This document shows positions 45,414-62,595 of a stretch of DNA of 64,000 bases, in pieces. How positions within the stretch are numbered: the first letter of the stretch is position 1; each line of letters opens with the position of its first letter. The notes below the pieces were generated by a model. That model made no database searches, was not told the origin of the DNA, and saw only the letters and a list, made by a program, of their open reading frames with translations. The stretch is from Flaccisagitta enflata (Eukaryota), in contig OZ231126.1 in assembly GCA_965153355.1 (NCBI GenBank), positions 22,258,001-22,322,000 on the forward strand, given 5' to 3'. The position numbers were made by a program, and so were the translations under genes.

Positions 45414-47208
45414 TACCCTAGAGCACCCTAGATTACACTAAAAAGTCACTGACCCTAAAATGTCACCGACAGACCATAAAATGTCACTGACGGACCAAAC
45501 GGCACGGCAAGTTCTAGAGTCGCGTGCACACGACTAAAAACAAGGCCGGACACACGGCAATCCAGTCTCCTAAGGTTGGGCAGGAGCAATAATGCGAAAA
45601 CCGCTCAGAATTCAACAAGGCCGGATACACGGCTACCCTAGTCGCGTGCGGGTGGGCAGGAGCAGTGCTGGAGAAGGTCACTAGGGCATCTGGGCAGGAG
45701 CCGTATGCTCAAAAAGCTCAAAAACGCTGAAAAAGTAAAAAGGGGACCAACCAACCAACCGACGGACCGACATAGCGGGGTGTAGAGTCGCGTAGCACGC
45801 GACTAAAAATGTGACAGACCGACCTACACACGGACCGACACAGCAAGATGTAGAGTCGCGTATCCGCGACTAAAAATCACAATAGCAGAACCCTATTCAA
45901 CATCGAATCTCCCCACTCACTAGATAAAGAAAAAGACATATGTACTTATGGAAATGGAGGGCAGGCTGATAGTCAGTCGCCGAATCATTCCGAGACGCGC
46001 TTGCGCTCGCGCTAGGCAAAACTGCAAGGAAAAAAAGACAGAGAGATAAAAAAGAGAATGACTTTAGAAAAAAAAAAGAATCGTTTTAGAAAAAGAAAAA
46101 AAAAAGCAAATGGCAAAACTGCAAATGGCAAATGACAGTTTTTATGAGTGGAAATATTTTATGGCGCGTTTGCAGATTCTTGTCCTCGACTTTTTCATTG
46201 AGATCGTAAATTTTGCGCCGGACTAAAAGCAGAAAAAAGTGCTTAAGTCAGGCGGAATTTTAAGTACAAGAAAAAAGAAACGAAACAAAAAGAAAGAAAA
46301 AAGCCAAAAAGCTCTCATTGATAGTAAATCGAATGATGAAGCAAATTGCCCCTCAGCCCTTTAAAGTTAGGAGGGGTTTTAGTGATAACAAGGCCAGCAA
46401 CCATAACTATAAGTCGCCTACGAGACAAAAATAAGTAAATATCCAATTTCATTAGATAAAATCAGTGATATTCAAGACTTTAACATTTCTTTATTATCTT
46501 CAACCTTTATAAACTCTTTTTAACCCTTCTCATACCCTTTTTAACCTTTCTACCCTTTTAAACTTTTTCAACATTTTTATGACTCTAAGTTTAACTGCTC
46601 TTAGCATTTCTTAACGCATAAAAGACGCAAAAATAATCAAAAAAAGTTAAGTGTGATGGATGGACCAACCAACCGATGGACGGACAGAGCGGGGTGTTCT
46701 TGTCCTAAACATTCTCTTCTCAATGCGTCATTTGATTTTCTCATATTGTTTCTTGGAAATACGGGGGCCCTCATATCCTAAATACCACTTATGCAAATGA
46801 AATGAAAATGTGTCTGCATAATATTTATGTCCTGATGGGGTAAAGCAGCACTGTGGACAGAAAATTTTCTTGATTATACTGAATCAAATCTCTCTGTTTG
46901 AATAGTAGCTGAAATTAGTAAAAAGACTAACTCACTGGACCTCAGGTTTATCATGGTCAGTTTATTTAGAACACGTTTTTTTTTAATACGAGATTTTCAC
47001 TGCCACAGCCAGTTTTTCACTGTGTAGATAACCAGAACTCGCTACCCAGAACATATGGATGAGTACTTTTATTTAGAATTTGCATGAAAACCTCATAGTG
47101 TAAAAGTTATCAATACATGGGTAATGATACAAGTTTTTCTGAAAAAATTCTCTTTTCTCACTAAACAAGCCTCGCGAAAAATTCTTAATTTGCATAGAAA
47201 ATTACTTA

Positions 47209-50121
<2,913 letters not shown>

Positions 50122-50202
50122 TATTCAAAAAACTGAAAACATGGCCTTCTCCTAAAAACATGTAAGAAGGAAGCCACGTTATTGGTAATGCAAAAAGGTT
50201 TA

Positions 50203-50548
50203 CCGTATTTCTTGTAATTAGCGCCCCGGGCGCTTTTGAAATTGAAATGAAACATTGTCATTTTCAACCTGCAATTAGCGCCCCCTCGTACACTCATGTA
50301 TAGTTGATTTTAAATGAATCATAATGTTTTGGATAAAAATTTCATATTTGAATGCAGTAAAGCACTAAAACAAAGAATATTTTCATATTGCATACCATTC
50401 TTATATTTTTTATTTCATCAAACATCATGATTTACAATAAATATGAAAGGATTTTTCCCAAAAATAAAAGTCTGTCATGAGCTCTCTCTTTCCTCAAAAG
50501 GGGGGGGGGCGCTAATTAGAGGGGGGGCGATAAATGCAGGAAATACGG
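50203..50548 (-). mobile_element. Intact 346-bp Tc2/pogo-like MITE
   Basis: TA-CCGTATTTC...GAAATACGG-TA; near-identical inverted copy of the element ending at 50121. Confidence 0.92.
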
Positions 50549-51408
50549 TATCTGGAAGCAGATTGAGAATTTGTCACGCAATTTTTATCACTCAATTTTC
50601 AGTGAAACATTTCCTATTCCCTCTCTTTTTCTCAGTGTGTTAATTATAAAACGTTTCCCTGCCACAAATTTGGGTTGCGCATTGATGTGATTTCCGCTTA
50701 GAATCAGTAATGGAAAGCAATTCTGTAAAGGTCATAGTGCTAGAATGTATCTGACAAAATTATCGCGCGATCGCGCCGAGCGTGTCTTAAAGGTAGTAGG
50801 TTCCCAAGCTGGTTTTGCAATTTGAGCAAATATGTGAAGCTGAAATTCTGCAAAAAAATACTTTGTTCCTATAGTTTTGTACTTTTTTACTAAAAGTTTT
50901 TTATCTGTTGTTCACCCCTGAGGGTTTAACTAAAAGTTTTTTATCTGCTGTTGACCCCTGAGGGTCCCTTCACTATGTTGAAACTCAGCTTATGAGTTTC
51001 CCTGTATTTCCAAGTCTAGTTGACATCTACAGGCGTTTCACATCAGATGAAATATAAGAAAACCCTGCGATGCCAATCCGCTTATAGAAATAAGAAAATG
51101 ATTCTCCGCAGGGGGGTGGGAGGAGGGGGCCCGCAGGGATTCTTTGTGGAGGATGGGAGGAGGGGGACTGCGGAGATTCTCCCGGGGGGGGGGAGGGGGG
51201 GAGGAAGGGCACACTGGGCCATGACAGTTTCCATGTGTTTTAAAATGTTATATTAAGTAAAAAAAACAAAACAATTTTCCGGTTTTCTTTAAACATTAGC
51301 TATCGTTAGATAGATATTACTATGGTGACTATCTCAAGACTTTCAAAAATATAACGGGCATGTCACTAGGTGTGGAGGATGTGTGCGCAATTTTAACGTT
51401 GGCTGTAT

Positions 51409-51720
51409 TGAAATGAAATGAAATGAAAACAAAATTTATTCCCTCCATGGGGTAGAATGTTGACACAGCAGCATCAATGGCTATCTATGGGAGGGGGGAT
51501 CACGCTTAAGTCGGGACTTCCGATGATATCACAAGGGACAAGATGTAGTGGCATGGCTTCGGACGACTTGTCCTGGGCAATCCCCATTACAATGGATCCA
51601 GGTACAATGATATCGTACAAACGAGTAAAATAGGATGACATCACGTAAAATACATGTAAACAACATTAACAGTATACATATACAGCCTTGCAGTAATAAC
51701 AAGTGGAAGAATCAATAACA
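51409..51720 (-). mobile_element. Probable 3' end of a CR1/L2-group non-LTR element
   Basis: The minus strand ends AATAAA-ttttgt-(TTTCA)n, a polyA signal plus short-repeat tail typical of that group. No coding sequence recognised, and the 5' boundary is uncertain. Confidence 0.45.
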
Positions 51721-52307
51721 CGTGTAGAATTCGCAAAGATCGCATTATGCGCCATACGCGCAACGTAAGACAGAGAAAAAGCCATCTGGCACTTTTTTTA
51801 GAGACAGAAGCCAGTGTTAGTCCAATATTTCGTTTTTTTTCCTTTTTTTGGCCTCGTTTTAGGGGACGGTGACCCTTTACGTCATTCCGCGTCAGTTCCC
51901 CTTAGGACCCCTCTGCGTCGCCATCTTCCTCGATAGCATCTTCCTCCGATGTCTTGGCCCGCTACGTCGCCAGCCAGGGCGTATCCCCTGCATCCTGACT
52001 GGCCTTCGTGTATTAAAGAGAAATACCCGTTACTGCAAAATTACGGACGTTCTCGGAGAAAAAAATCATGTTGAATGAAAAAGAACCAATCCATCTAGAA
52101 TTCAAACCGACGATGAATCATCTAACGATCTGAGATTTACCACTATACAAACTATCGGACGTGTTAGCACAAACAGTGAAATGTGTAATATTTCTCAAAT
52201 CACGCATTTGAATATAAGTCGCCCAACGAGAAGCGGACAGTGAAGCGAAGATCTCAGAAAAGAGGGATTGAGAATTACCCGATGGTCACTATTTCCTTCG
52301 CGTTCTC

Positions 52308-52570
52308 TTTTTAGATGCGTCCTCGCATCTCTATAATAGGCTGTGTCCGTCTGTCTGTCGGTTGGTAAGCATTCATCAAAAACATCAAAATCAATCATTT
52401 TTTAACAGAAAAGTGGTTCTACCCCAGTGAAAGAAGCATACATCAAGTAATTCATTCATTCAATCGTTCATTCATTCACAAATGATATTCAATCAAAAAA
52501 AAAAAAAACATTCATTCATAAAAAAACGTTCATTCAAAGAGGACGCATCGTTGGCCTACTTGGCCTTGTT
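52308..52570 (+). mobile_element. HINE-like element of a distinct subfamily
   Basis: 5' palindrome AGATGCG-tcct-CGCATCT, 3' inverted copy GAGGACGCATC, hairpin GGCC-tactt-GGCC, end TTGTT. Confidence 0.8.
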
Positions 52571-52606
52571 GTTATTTCCTTGCATTTCGCGTTTGTTCTC
52601 CTTTTT

Positions 52607-54490
52607 GGGCAGCGGCCCCGAAGGGGCCGATGACCTATGCTTTCACACAGGAGAAATTTCTCCTTCTTCTTCTCCAGTGTACCCCCCCCCTCTCCCCAGC
52701 CTCGAGGCTCAATTTCCAGCCTCAAGGCTCAAATCTCAGTCTCAAGGCTCAAATCCTAGCTTTAAGGCTCAAATCCCAGCCTTGAGGCTTCAATCCAAGC
52801 CTTGAGGCTCAAATCCCAGCTTGGAGGCTCAGTTACCAGCCTCAAGGCTCAATTCATAATGTTGAGGTTTCAATCCCAGCCTTAAGGCTTCAATCCTAGC
52901 CTTGAGGCTCAAATCCCAGCTTTGAGGCTCAGTTCCCAGCCTCAAGGCTCAATTGAAAGCGTTGAGGCTCAACCTCAAGGCTTTAATTCCCAGCCTCAAG
53001 GCTCAATTCCAAGCATGGAGACTTGATTTCCAGCTTTGAGGCTCAATTCTTAGCTTCAAGGCTCCAATCTCAGCCTCAATGCTCAAATTCCAACATCCAA
53101 GCTCAAATTCTGGTCTTGAGGGTCAAATCCCAGCATCAAGGCTCAAATCTCAGCCTCATGCCTCAAAGCATACTGAGCATAGGTCATCGGCCCCTTCAGG
53201 GCCGCTGCCCCTCTCACTATCACACATCCACATACACTCACATAGGGGCAACGGGTACCGCTGACCATCTAACGCTTTTGCGACTATTTTAGTTGCGGAC
53301 ACGCAACTCTATAAGAGGCTTTGTCCGTCCGTCCGTTGGTCCGTTGGTCCGTCGGTCCGTCGGTGAGCACGAGTCGAAAAGTGGGAAAACTAGCATTTTA
53401 GAGGCTTTTTGGGCAGCGGCCCCGAAGGGGACGAAGTCCTGTAGAACACAGGGGGACTTCGTTCGTTCGTTAGTTCGTTCGTCCCCCCCTTAGGCCCCTC
53501 AGGCCTAAAACCTGGCCTCTCAGGCCTCAAATCCAGCCTCTCAGGCCACAAATCCAGCCTCTCAGGCCTCTAATCCAGCCTCTCAGGCCTCAAATCCAGC
53601 CTCTCAGGCCTCAAATTCAGCCTCTCAGGCCTCAAATCCAGCCTCTCTGGCCTCAAATTCAGCCTCTCAGGCTTCAGATCCGGCCTCTCAGGCCTCAAAT
53701 TCAGCCTCTCAGGCCTCAAATCCGGCCTCTCAGGCCTCAAATCCGGCCTCAGGCCCCAAACCTGGCCTTTTTGGACCTCAAATTGGGCTTTGCAGGCGTC
53801 AAATCGAAATTCCCATGCCTCAAAACTGTCCACTCATGCCTCAAATTAGGCCTTAAGTTAGTCCTCTCAAGCTTCCAATTGGCATTCTCAGGCCTTAATA
53901 CAGTTTTCTTAGATATCAATTGAAGCTCTTGAAGGCCTTCAGTCAAGCCTCAATGTAGCATGTGGTATGTAGCATGTGGTATGTAGCATGTGGTATAGGC
54001 CTGTGGTATAGGCATGTGGTATAGGCCTGTCCAGCCCTATACTAATGAGGTATGCAGTCAGGCTGATTGTTTTGTCAGGTAAGCTTTTTGTTTGTCAGTA
54101 GTAAAGGATAGTTGTGAGCAATCCGGAGTAAACACCATTGAAAGCTTGCAAGGCTTTCATCCTTTGTTAATTGGAGAATTCTGGCCTCCTTTTATAAGGG
54201 CAATGTTGTTTCAACTTTCATATCATCCACGTAAGGCAGAACGAATGAAAGTCCCCCTGTGTTCTACAGGACTTCGTCCCCTTCGGGGCCGCTGCCCTGC
54301 TTCCCCTCACTCCAACTCACAATCACTCAAAGCAGGGCAAAAGGTATCGCTGACCATGTATTGCCCTTGGGCGACCTGTTGTGTATGTGTCTGTGTTGGG
54401 TGGGGGGTTGGGTGTGGCATTAGGTGTGGATGGGGTTGGCTGCCCCTGCCCACCCGTCCGCAACGATATTGTGACCCCACGTCACTTGTT
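52607..54490 (+). mobile_element. Cluster: 20-bp-array pearl-like element (52607-53288), then a HINE (53288-54490) split by a 21-bp-array element (53411-54380)
   Basis: Termini and tails as in other copies; the HINE halves flank the inner element. Confidence 0.8.
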
Positions 54491-54594
54491 CTTTTCTCTT
54501 TTTCTTTCTTTCTGACTCGTTTTCTATCTTTCGTTTTTGTTTCTTTCTTTCTACTTTTCCATCTTCCTTTCTATCGTTCCGTCTTCCTTCTTAC

Positions 54595-54682
<88 letters not shown>

Positions 54683-54776
54683 TTTTTCTTTCTCTTTTTC
54701 TTTCTCCCTTTTGTTCTCTCTCGCTTTCTTTCTACACCAGCCTTTTCTCGCTGTTTAGTCTTTTTCTTTCTTTCTC

Positions 54777-54808
<32 letters not shown>

Positions 54809-55106
54809 TTTTTTTTTTTTTTTTGTTTCTTTGTTTCTTTGTTTGTTTGTTTGTTTGTTTGTTTGTTTGTTTGTTTGTTTGTTTGTTTCGCTCTTTCTTT
54901 CTTTCACTCATTTGTTTGCTTGTTCTTTCTTTCTCTCTTTTTTCTTCGTTTCTTTGTTTCTTTGTTTCTTTGTTTCTTTGTTTCTTTGTTTCTTTGTTTC
55001 TTTGTCTCTTTGTTCCTTTGTTTCTTTGTTTCTGTGTTTCTTTGTTTCTTACTTTATTTCTTTTGTTCTTTGTTTCTCCCGTTTGTTCTTCCTCTCCTTC
55101 TTTTTT

Positions 55107-55510
55107 GGGCGCGGAGCGGGTGGGAGGAGAAGGCCGCCCCGCGGAGAATCTCCGCAGGGCGGGTGGGAGGAGGAGGCCGCCCCGCGGAGAATCTCCGCGG
55201 GGCGGGTGGGAGGAGGAGGCCGCCCCGCGGAGAATCTCCGCGGGGCGGGTGGGAGGAGGAGGCCGCCCCGCGGAGAATCTCCGCGGGGCGGGTGGGAGGA
55301 GGAGGCCGCCCCGCGGAGAATCTCCGCGGGGCGGGTGGGAGGAGGAGGCCGCCCCGCGGAGATTCTCCGCTGGGGCTGGGAGGAGGAGGCCCGAGGAGAT
55401 TCTCCGCGGGGGCTGGGAGGAGGAGGCCCGCGGAGAATCTCCGCGGGGGGGGGGGGTGGGCGGAGGAGGCCCGCGGAGAACCTCCGCGGGGGGTGGGAGG
55501 AGGAGGAACC
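55107..55510. repeat. GC-rich 43-bp tandem repeat containing a 29-bp palindrome
   Basis: Unit CCGCCCCGCGGAGA-A-TCTCCGCGGGGCGG plus GTGGGAGGAGGAGG; register 55141 to 55184; about 5 clean copies then shorter variants. Confidence 0.95.
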
Positions 55511-57294
55511 TCAGGAACCGATCGGAGGGCAGATATGCTATGGTAGTAATCTAATATTCTCATGAAAAAGCTCACTTGTCTAATTCTAGGTTGTCGTTGG
55601 TCGTCTTTGGGGCGAGCAAGGAAAAGCGAGCAAGGAGTAGCTTCGTTTGAAGAATTAAGAAGTTCATGGGAAAAATGCCAAGACAACAGAATTCTGATCA
55701 TGTGCATTCTACTCTGGGAAATGAGGAAATAGTTGGAAAAATGAAGTTATCTTATTCATTACATGTTAAGAACTTTGTGGTCACTGATCCCTACACAAAG
55801 CCACAAAGATATATTTGAACAATTACTTCCCACAGTTAATTCCTAAAACTAAGAAATATGAAAAAGAACAAGGCCGGATACACAGCTACCTCAGTCAAAA
55901 TGATATCTGAGCAGGAGCAATGAAGCCAAAATAAAACAAAAACATAAAAAGAATTGAAAAAAAGTAAAATATGACGGACTGACCGACTGATGGACCAATC
56001 GACAAAGTGGAGGATATAGTAGCTATCAAAACCTTATACATGGACAGTAATTGTCGCACTTTGTATTGCACATTTCAAAGTAATTATGGACAATCAAATT
56101 CATGCATGTAACTTACAATGTAAGTGCAGCAAAACAGAGGCCGCTCTAGGCCGCTGCTCAAATAAGCAGAAGGAGGAATACAAGTGAGAGGCGGAAGAAT
56201 GAGATAAGGAAGAAGAAGATGTGGAGAATCCAATACGTGGTCTCGCCCTCGCACTAATAAACAAAATCAAAGGAGGAAAAATCTCGACAGGAGCAACCAA
56301 ATGGCAGAATCTTTAACTCGCAAATCTTCCTTTGAGCAGTCAGACCAATTTTCCAGCACCGGTATTAAGCCGGTAATCCGACCTAAAATTCCTGACTGAC
56401 ACAACCCGCACAACGCAGCTTAGGTTAACTTAACTGACATACCTTCTATGACCGACACCATCAGCAGACCCCAACGAGTATCTAGAAGGGCTAATTTGAG
56501 GGCTTTGAGGCCTGAGAGTGCTGATTTTAGCCCACGATGGCCAATGGGGGTGACAGAAGGACAAAAGGACGGAAGAACGGAAGGTTTGAAGTACGGATGT
56601 CTGGACATTCACCCCTGTGTCCTAGAGGGCATCGGTCCCCGGCCCTGGGGCCGCTGCCCAAAAAGCCTGTAACTAACCTTAGTCAATCCACAAAATAGCT
56701 ATATACTACACTGAAACCCCATGTACATCAATTACAATCTGACAAATACGTCAAACAAGGCCGGATACACGGCAAGACAGTCGCGGACGATTGGGCAGGG
56801 GCCGTAATGCAATAATCGCAGGGAATTCAACAAAATTCGTAACGTACCGACCGACACGGCAAGGTGTAGAGTCGCGTGTCCGCGACTAAAAATCAGCCCG
56901 AATCTGCTTGCTCAATGCTTACATTCCAAATATGAACCACGCTTTACCCGTATGTATCTGCCGAGCCGAACCGAGAACTGACCATATTCCCTACACCACC
57001 CCAAACACCATCAGCTCAAAACCGCACCACCATTTCTTTACGGGCGCCAGTTTCGTGCCAATTCGCGTATTTCTTCATTATAGACTTGTTTCATTATTCA
57101 ACGCAGCCCAACATTTTCTTATTATCCCGATCCATGAAATATCTTATATTGGCCTTGCACTCGGCCTGGTGCTCTCTTTGTTCCTTTCTTTGCTTCTTTG
57201 TTTGTTTGTTTGTTTGTTTGTTTGTTTGTTTGTTTGTTTGTTTGTTTGTTTGTTTGTTTGTTTGTTTGCTGGTTGGAGGGTTGGTTGGTTGGTT

Positions 57295-57378
<84 letters not shown>

Positions 57379-57402
57379 TTTTCTTTCTTTTTTTCTTTCT
57401 TC

Positions 57403-57460
<58 letters not shown>

Positions 57461-57971
57461 GTCTTTCTTTCTTTCTTTCTTTCCATGACATCAGCCGCAG
57501 TTTGCCGCTTGCTTGAAATACGACCGTGCTTCATAGATTCGGCCCCTCTGCTTCCTAAATATGATTTCCTCATTTGCCTTTCCTTCTGTCGGTTTTTTTT
57601 TCCTCATCTTGTTTTCCCTAACTTTTTCCCTCTTTTCTTTTTGAGCAGCGGCCTCAAAGGTCTAATGTCCTGTAGAACACAGGGTTGAATTTCCATCCGT
57701 ACGTTCATCGATTCAGTCGGCTGAAATGGGTCTTCAGGCTGGGGGAGGAGGGGTGGATGGACCGACGGCCGGCCGGACAGAAGGACATATGGGAATTCAC
57801 CCCTGTGTCTTACGGAACATTGACCCTTTGGGGCCGCTGCCCTGCTCCCACCTCACTCCATCACCAAAATACCCCAAGCAGGGCAATGCGTACCGCTGGA
57901 TAACTTGGTTGCCTCCTTTTCTTTTCCTCCTTCTCTTCCTTCTTCTCTCTATTTCCCTGCCTCCCCTTTTT

Positions 57972-58752
57972 GGGCAGCGGCCCCAAAGGGGTCGATGACC
58001 TATGCTTTCACACATAGGACAAATTTCTCCTTCTCCTTCTCCTCCGTCCGTCCCCCCCCTTCCGAGGCTCAAACCCCAGCCTTGAGGCTCAAATACCAGC
58101 CTCAAGGCTGAAATTCCAGCTATGAGGTTCAAATTCCAGCCATGAGGCTCAAATTCCAGCCATGAGGCTCAAATTCCAGCCCTGAGGCTGAAATTCCAGC
58201 CTCGAGGCTCAAATTCCACCTTCAAGGCTCAAATTCTAGCCTCGAGGCTCAAATTCCAGCCTCAAAGCTCAAATTCCAGCCTTGAGGCTCAAATTCCAGC
58301 CTTATGGCTCAAACTCCAACCTGGAGGCTCAAATTCCAGCCTTGAAGCTAAAATCCCAACCTTGAGACTCAAATCCCAACCTTGAGACTCAAATCCCAGT
58401 CTTGAGACTCAAATCCCAGTCTTGAGACTCAAATCCCAGCCTTGAGGCTCAAATCCTAGCCTCAAAGCTCAAATCCCAACCTTAAGGCTCGAATCCTAAC
58501 CTTGAGGCTCAAATCCAAGCTTTGAGGCTCAAATCCTAGCTTTGAGGCTCAAATCTCAGCTTCAAGGCTCAAATCTCAGCTTCAAGGCTCAAATCCTTGC
58601 AGCAATGCTCAAAATCCAGCCTCAAGCTTCCAAACTTACTGAGCATAGGTCATTGGCCCCTTTGGGGCCGCTGCCCCTCTCACCATCACACTACCATACA
58701 CAAACACAGGGGCAACGGGTACCGCTGACCATCTAACGCTTTTGCGACTATT
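57972..58752 (+). mobile_element. Pearl/HINE-like element with 20-bp array
   Basis: Complete termini and tail ending cgcttttgcgacta. Confidence 0.85.
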
Positions 58753-58828
58753 CGCATTTGTGGCGAGATTTTTTTCCATAAGGTCAAAACGCCATCGGCA
58801 CCGCATGGGCGCTAACCGTGACTCTGAG

Positions 58829-58938
<110 letters not shown>

Positions 58939-59371
58939 ATAATAAAGCCCTAAGAAAACGCGTTTGGCGCGCGTGATATAACTGTCATCATCGCTCAAGT
59001 TTGCATCGTGTTATGACCCAAAAAATGGACAATTGGGCGCTTTTGAATTCGTTATTTGGGCCTCAAAAAGCGACCAATTCCATTTCACGTCTTTTTTTAA
59101 ATGAAAAAAAAAAAAGAAACCACCCTCGTCTTAAAAGCCGTAAATTCACCCTTCCGAAACGAAATGCTACGGGAAAATAACAATAACAACAAAGCCCAAA
59201 CATAACCAACAGCGGGATGGGAAAGACTGGACCGATAAAGACGGCGGAGACGATGAAAATGACGACAGCAGCGTTGCAGAATTAAAAGAAAATAGGTCCA
59301 TTGTTGAGGGAAAATGAGGTCATAATGGCCAAGAACAGGTCGTTGGAAAATCATTTTGGAGGGGGACGGGA

Positions 59372-59422
<51 letters not shown>

Positions 59423-61568
59423 TGCACCTCATAATGTATAACAGAACAAGGCCGGATACACGGCCACCAGTTGCGGACGGGTGGGCAGGAGCGGAAATGC
59501 GCGTTTTCACACTTTTCAACTCGTGCTCACCGACCGACCGACCGACCGACCGACCGACCGACGGACGGACGGACAAAGCCTCTTATAGAGTTGCGTGTCC
59601 GCAACTAAAAACGTGAGATTAAACCCCAAGCCAAACCCGAGCCAATCCTGGGGTTGGCTCAGAATTGTCTCTAGTAAATAATTGAAAGATTTCTGTCAAC
59701 CCCGAGCGAACCTTGAGCAACCTCGAGGAGTCGAGCAAACCCCCAAGCAACCCTAAGCAAGCTTGGGTTGCTCGGGGTATACTTAAAATTCAACCCCGAG
59801 CAACCCCAAGTAACCCTGAGTAACCCCCGGGGTTTAATCTCACCCCAGATTACGGGGAGCGCGTGCGCGTGCGCTGCCTTGCTCGAACTGATCTGGGGAA
59901 AGGGATTTGCGTTATTCTGTAACAAATCCACATCACGTATTTGTTTGATCGCATTGTTTTGTCTACTTTCATTTACGCTTAATGTCTTTCAATTCATTTC
60001 ATTTCGGAAATCGGAATGATCCGCTAAAGAGGTGGAGTGAGAATAAGGCTTTTTAGTCTTGTGCACGCGACTCTATGACCCGCTCTGTCCGTCGGTCCGT
60101 CCATTGGTTGGTCCGTTGTTCCATCTGTCACGCTTAGCTTTTGTTAGCTTTTTTCCGTCGTTTTACGTTATTCTAAGTCATTTCAAGTTATTTCAAGACA
60201 ATTTACATTTTGTCTTTCAGTCTTTTAGTCTTTTAGTCTTTTAGCCTTTGAGTCTTTTAGTCTTCTAGTGTTAACAACCGCACGCGACTGTAAGGTGTTG
60301 GCCTTGTTTAACATCTCTTTGGGAGGCGATCTAGAAATCTGTGATTGATAATCGTCTGATACTCTCTTACTGGCCAGAATGTTATCATTTGTAAAGATAA
60401 CAAAGGATTCTCGCGGATCAAAGTGATAACTAATTCGCATAGACTGATAAAGTCGTCGGATGCTGCAAAGTGATGACCAAGACGCTATACTGATAGCGTC
60501 ACTTTTTTTTATTGTGAAGTTTTTACAAGCTTATGGTCGACCTCATGCAAAAATGATATTCCGTCTTCGGATAGAACTGTGAAATGACCTTACCTGTGGG
60601 AACAGACATTTTGGGTAGTCATCATTATAGCGAATTCTGGAGACTAAGATTGCTGTATTGAGCAAAAAGCTTGATATACATTGATACATGAGGCGAAATG
60701 AAATGCAAGTAATGCAAAAGTAACCGATCGCCAAAAAATGCTAAAAAGTAAAAAAAAATCCTTGGATTTGTTTCCATTGTTTGTTAAAAAAAAAGTCCAT
60801 GCTACAATCACCTGTATGATGGCAATTTTTTGTGGATTCGGGCAAGGCCATACACGACTTCAGTAAAATGAATACGTTGGTATTTGGTTTGGTACACCAC
60901 TGCATTTGCTCCTGCCTAATCGAAACAATCTACGTGTACGGCATGGTTCTGCTCACTCTAAACATGATCAAATATCCTAAAGTGACATCTCATGATTAGC
61001 GGCTTTCAACTTTGTCTCTTGCCTTAAAGCCAACTTTCCGTGTTGACATGTTGTTCTTATAATATCTCTGAAAGTCTGAATGCCTTCAATTTTAAGAATA
61101 ATTAACCAGCGTGTAAGACACACTCTGTCCTGATACGTGAGACGATGTCCTTTTGTTTGACTCGCCGATTTGAAGCAACTAGTTCGTGTGAAAGACGATA
61201 GAACTTTGAAGTAGAAAAACAAAAGCACATTTTGTCCCGATATCAATTATCCATCTATTTTCATGAAATTTTTGATGCCCATGAAATCAAATCAAATCGA
61301 AATTTCATTGAGGTGAGCGCGAACTAATTTTGAGCAGGGCCATGGAGAGGGGGGGGGGGTCGCCGCCTTCTGAGATGGGTGCGGGCCTAAGGGGGCCCCT
61401 GAGATTCGGGAAAAAAAAGAAGGAAAAAACGACATTTTGGTTTATTTCAAAGCTGTAAATTTACACTTTTTTATTCACGGACACACGACTCTACACCTTG
61501 GTGTGTCGGTCGGTTGGTCTATCAGTCGGTTTCATAAACTCTTTAAATTGCGAGTGGTTTTTGCATTA

Positions 61569-62595
61569 CACGTTGTATTTTGTCTAAGAACACTGTTTAT
61601 AAGAACACCAGCCTCAGATTTGGTGAAAAAATAAGAACATGGTAAGAACATGCTCATGCTCAGATTTTTACATGAATTTAGTCTAAAGTAAACTTTTAAA
61701 TGATTTTTGAAGGAAACAATGAAAGAAAGTTGTACAGAATTCTCCAACCCCCAAAATTTAACTAGTTACCTTTATCATTTACAATTTTTTGATTTTATTA
61801 TTTACAAAAACAAAATTTTATATACCATCTTGGCCATAAAGATCCGGACAGCTGTAAAGTGTCATAACTTGTTTAATTTTAATAGTAGTGAGATGATTTT
61901 TTTTTCAAAATTCGTATCTTCAAAAAATCTAACAAATGAAACCAAGCTGGTTCCTCTATCTTTATCCGTTTATAAATGAGAGCCAAATGAAGAAAACATT
62001 TGCTTTTTGCTAATGTGGTGGGCAAATTTGTGTCTGTTTATGGGAGATGGTGCACTGGCGCAGTGCGCCAAATGTACTGAAAAATCAATGAGTTAAGCTC
62101 GTCTAAGGTTAACCCAGATCAATCTGGATCTCAATTCAATTCAGAACTCAAAGATTAAAACGGAAAAATTGCAGAAACACTGGAAAACAACATTCAAAGC
62201 AGGGCTGAAATGAATTACATTAAAGGTTTGAAACAGCATCACTCCAAAGTGCCTCCAGTCTCTCTACAAGTCCATGCCAAAGCATACGCAGGTGGTGGTG
62301 GATGCCCAACATGGTCATACTAAATATTAGATGCATTTTGATATGTTTGCTGCTCACTTCTGGTAAACAAATTCACTTATACACCTACTGTCTGGATCTT
62401 TATGGCCAAGATAGTAGATTAACAATAAAAGATATCTATTTCATTGAATATGAATAGCTAGAAACTATAATAAAGAATATTCAATGCCACAAAACTAAGA
62501 ACAGGTTAAGAACGCTTGAGCCTGAAAACTGGCTGGAAAATAAGAACACTGAGCCTCACTTCAAGAAACTGTGTTCTTATAAAAAATACGGCGTG
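61569..62595. mobile_element. TA-duplicating MITE inserted in a HINE (~61468-62648)
   Basis: TIRs CACGTTGTATTTTGTCTAAGAACAC / GTGTTCTTATAAAAAATACGGCGTG; TA at 61567-61568 and 62596-62597. Confidence 0.8.
61825..62414. mobile_element. TA-duplicating MITE nested in the element above
   Basis: 27-bp TIRs ccatcttggccataaagatccggacag / ctgtctggatctttatggccaagatag (2 mismatches); TA at 61823-61824 and 62415-62416. Confidence 0.85.
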
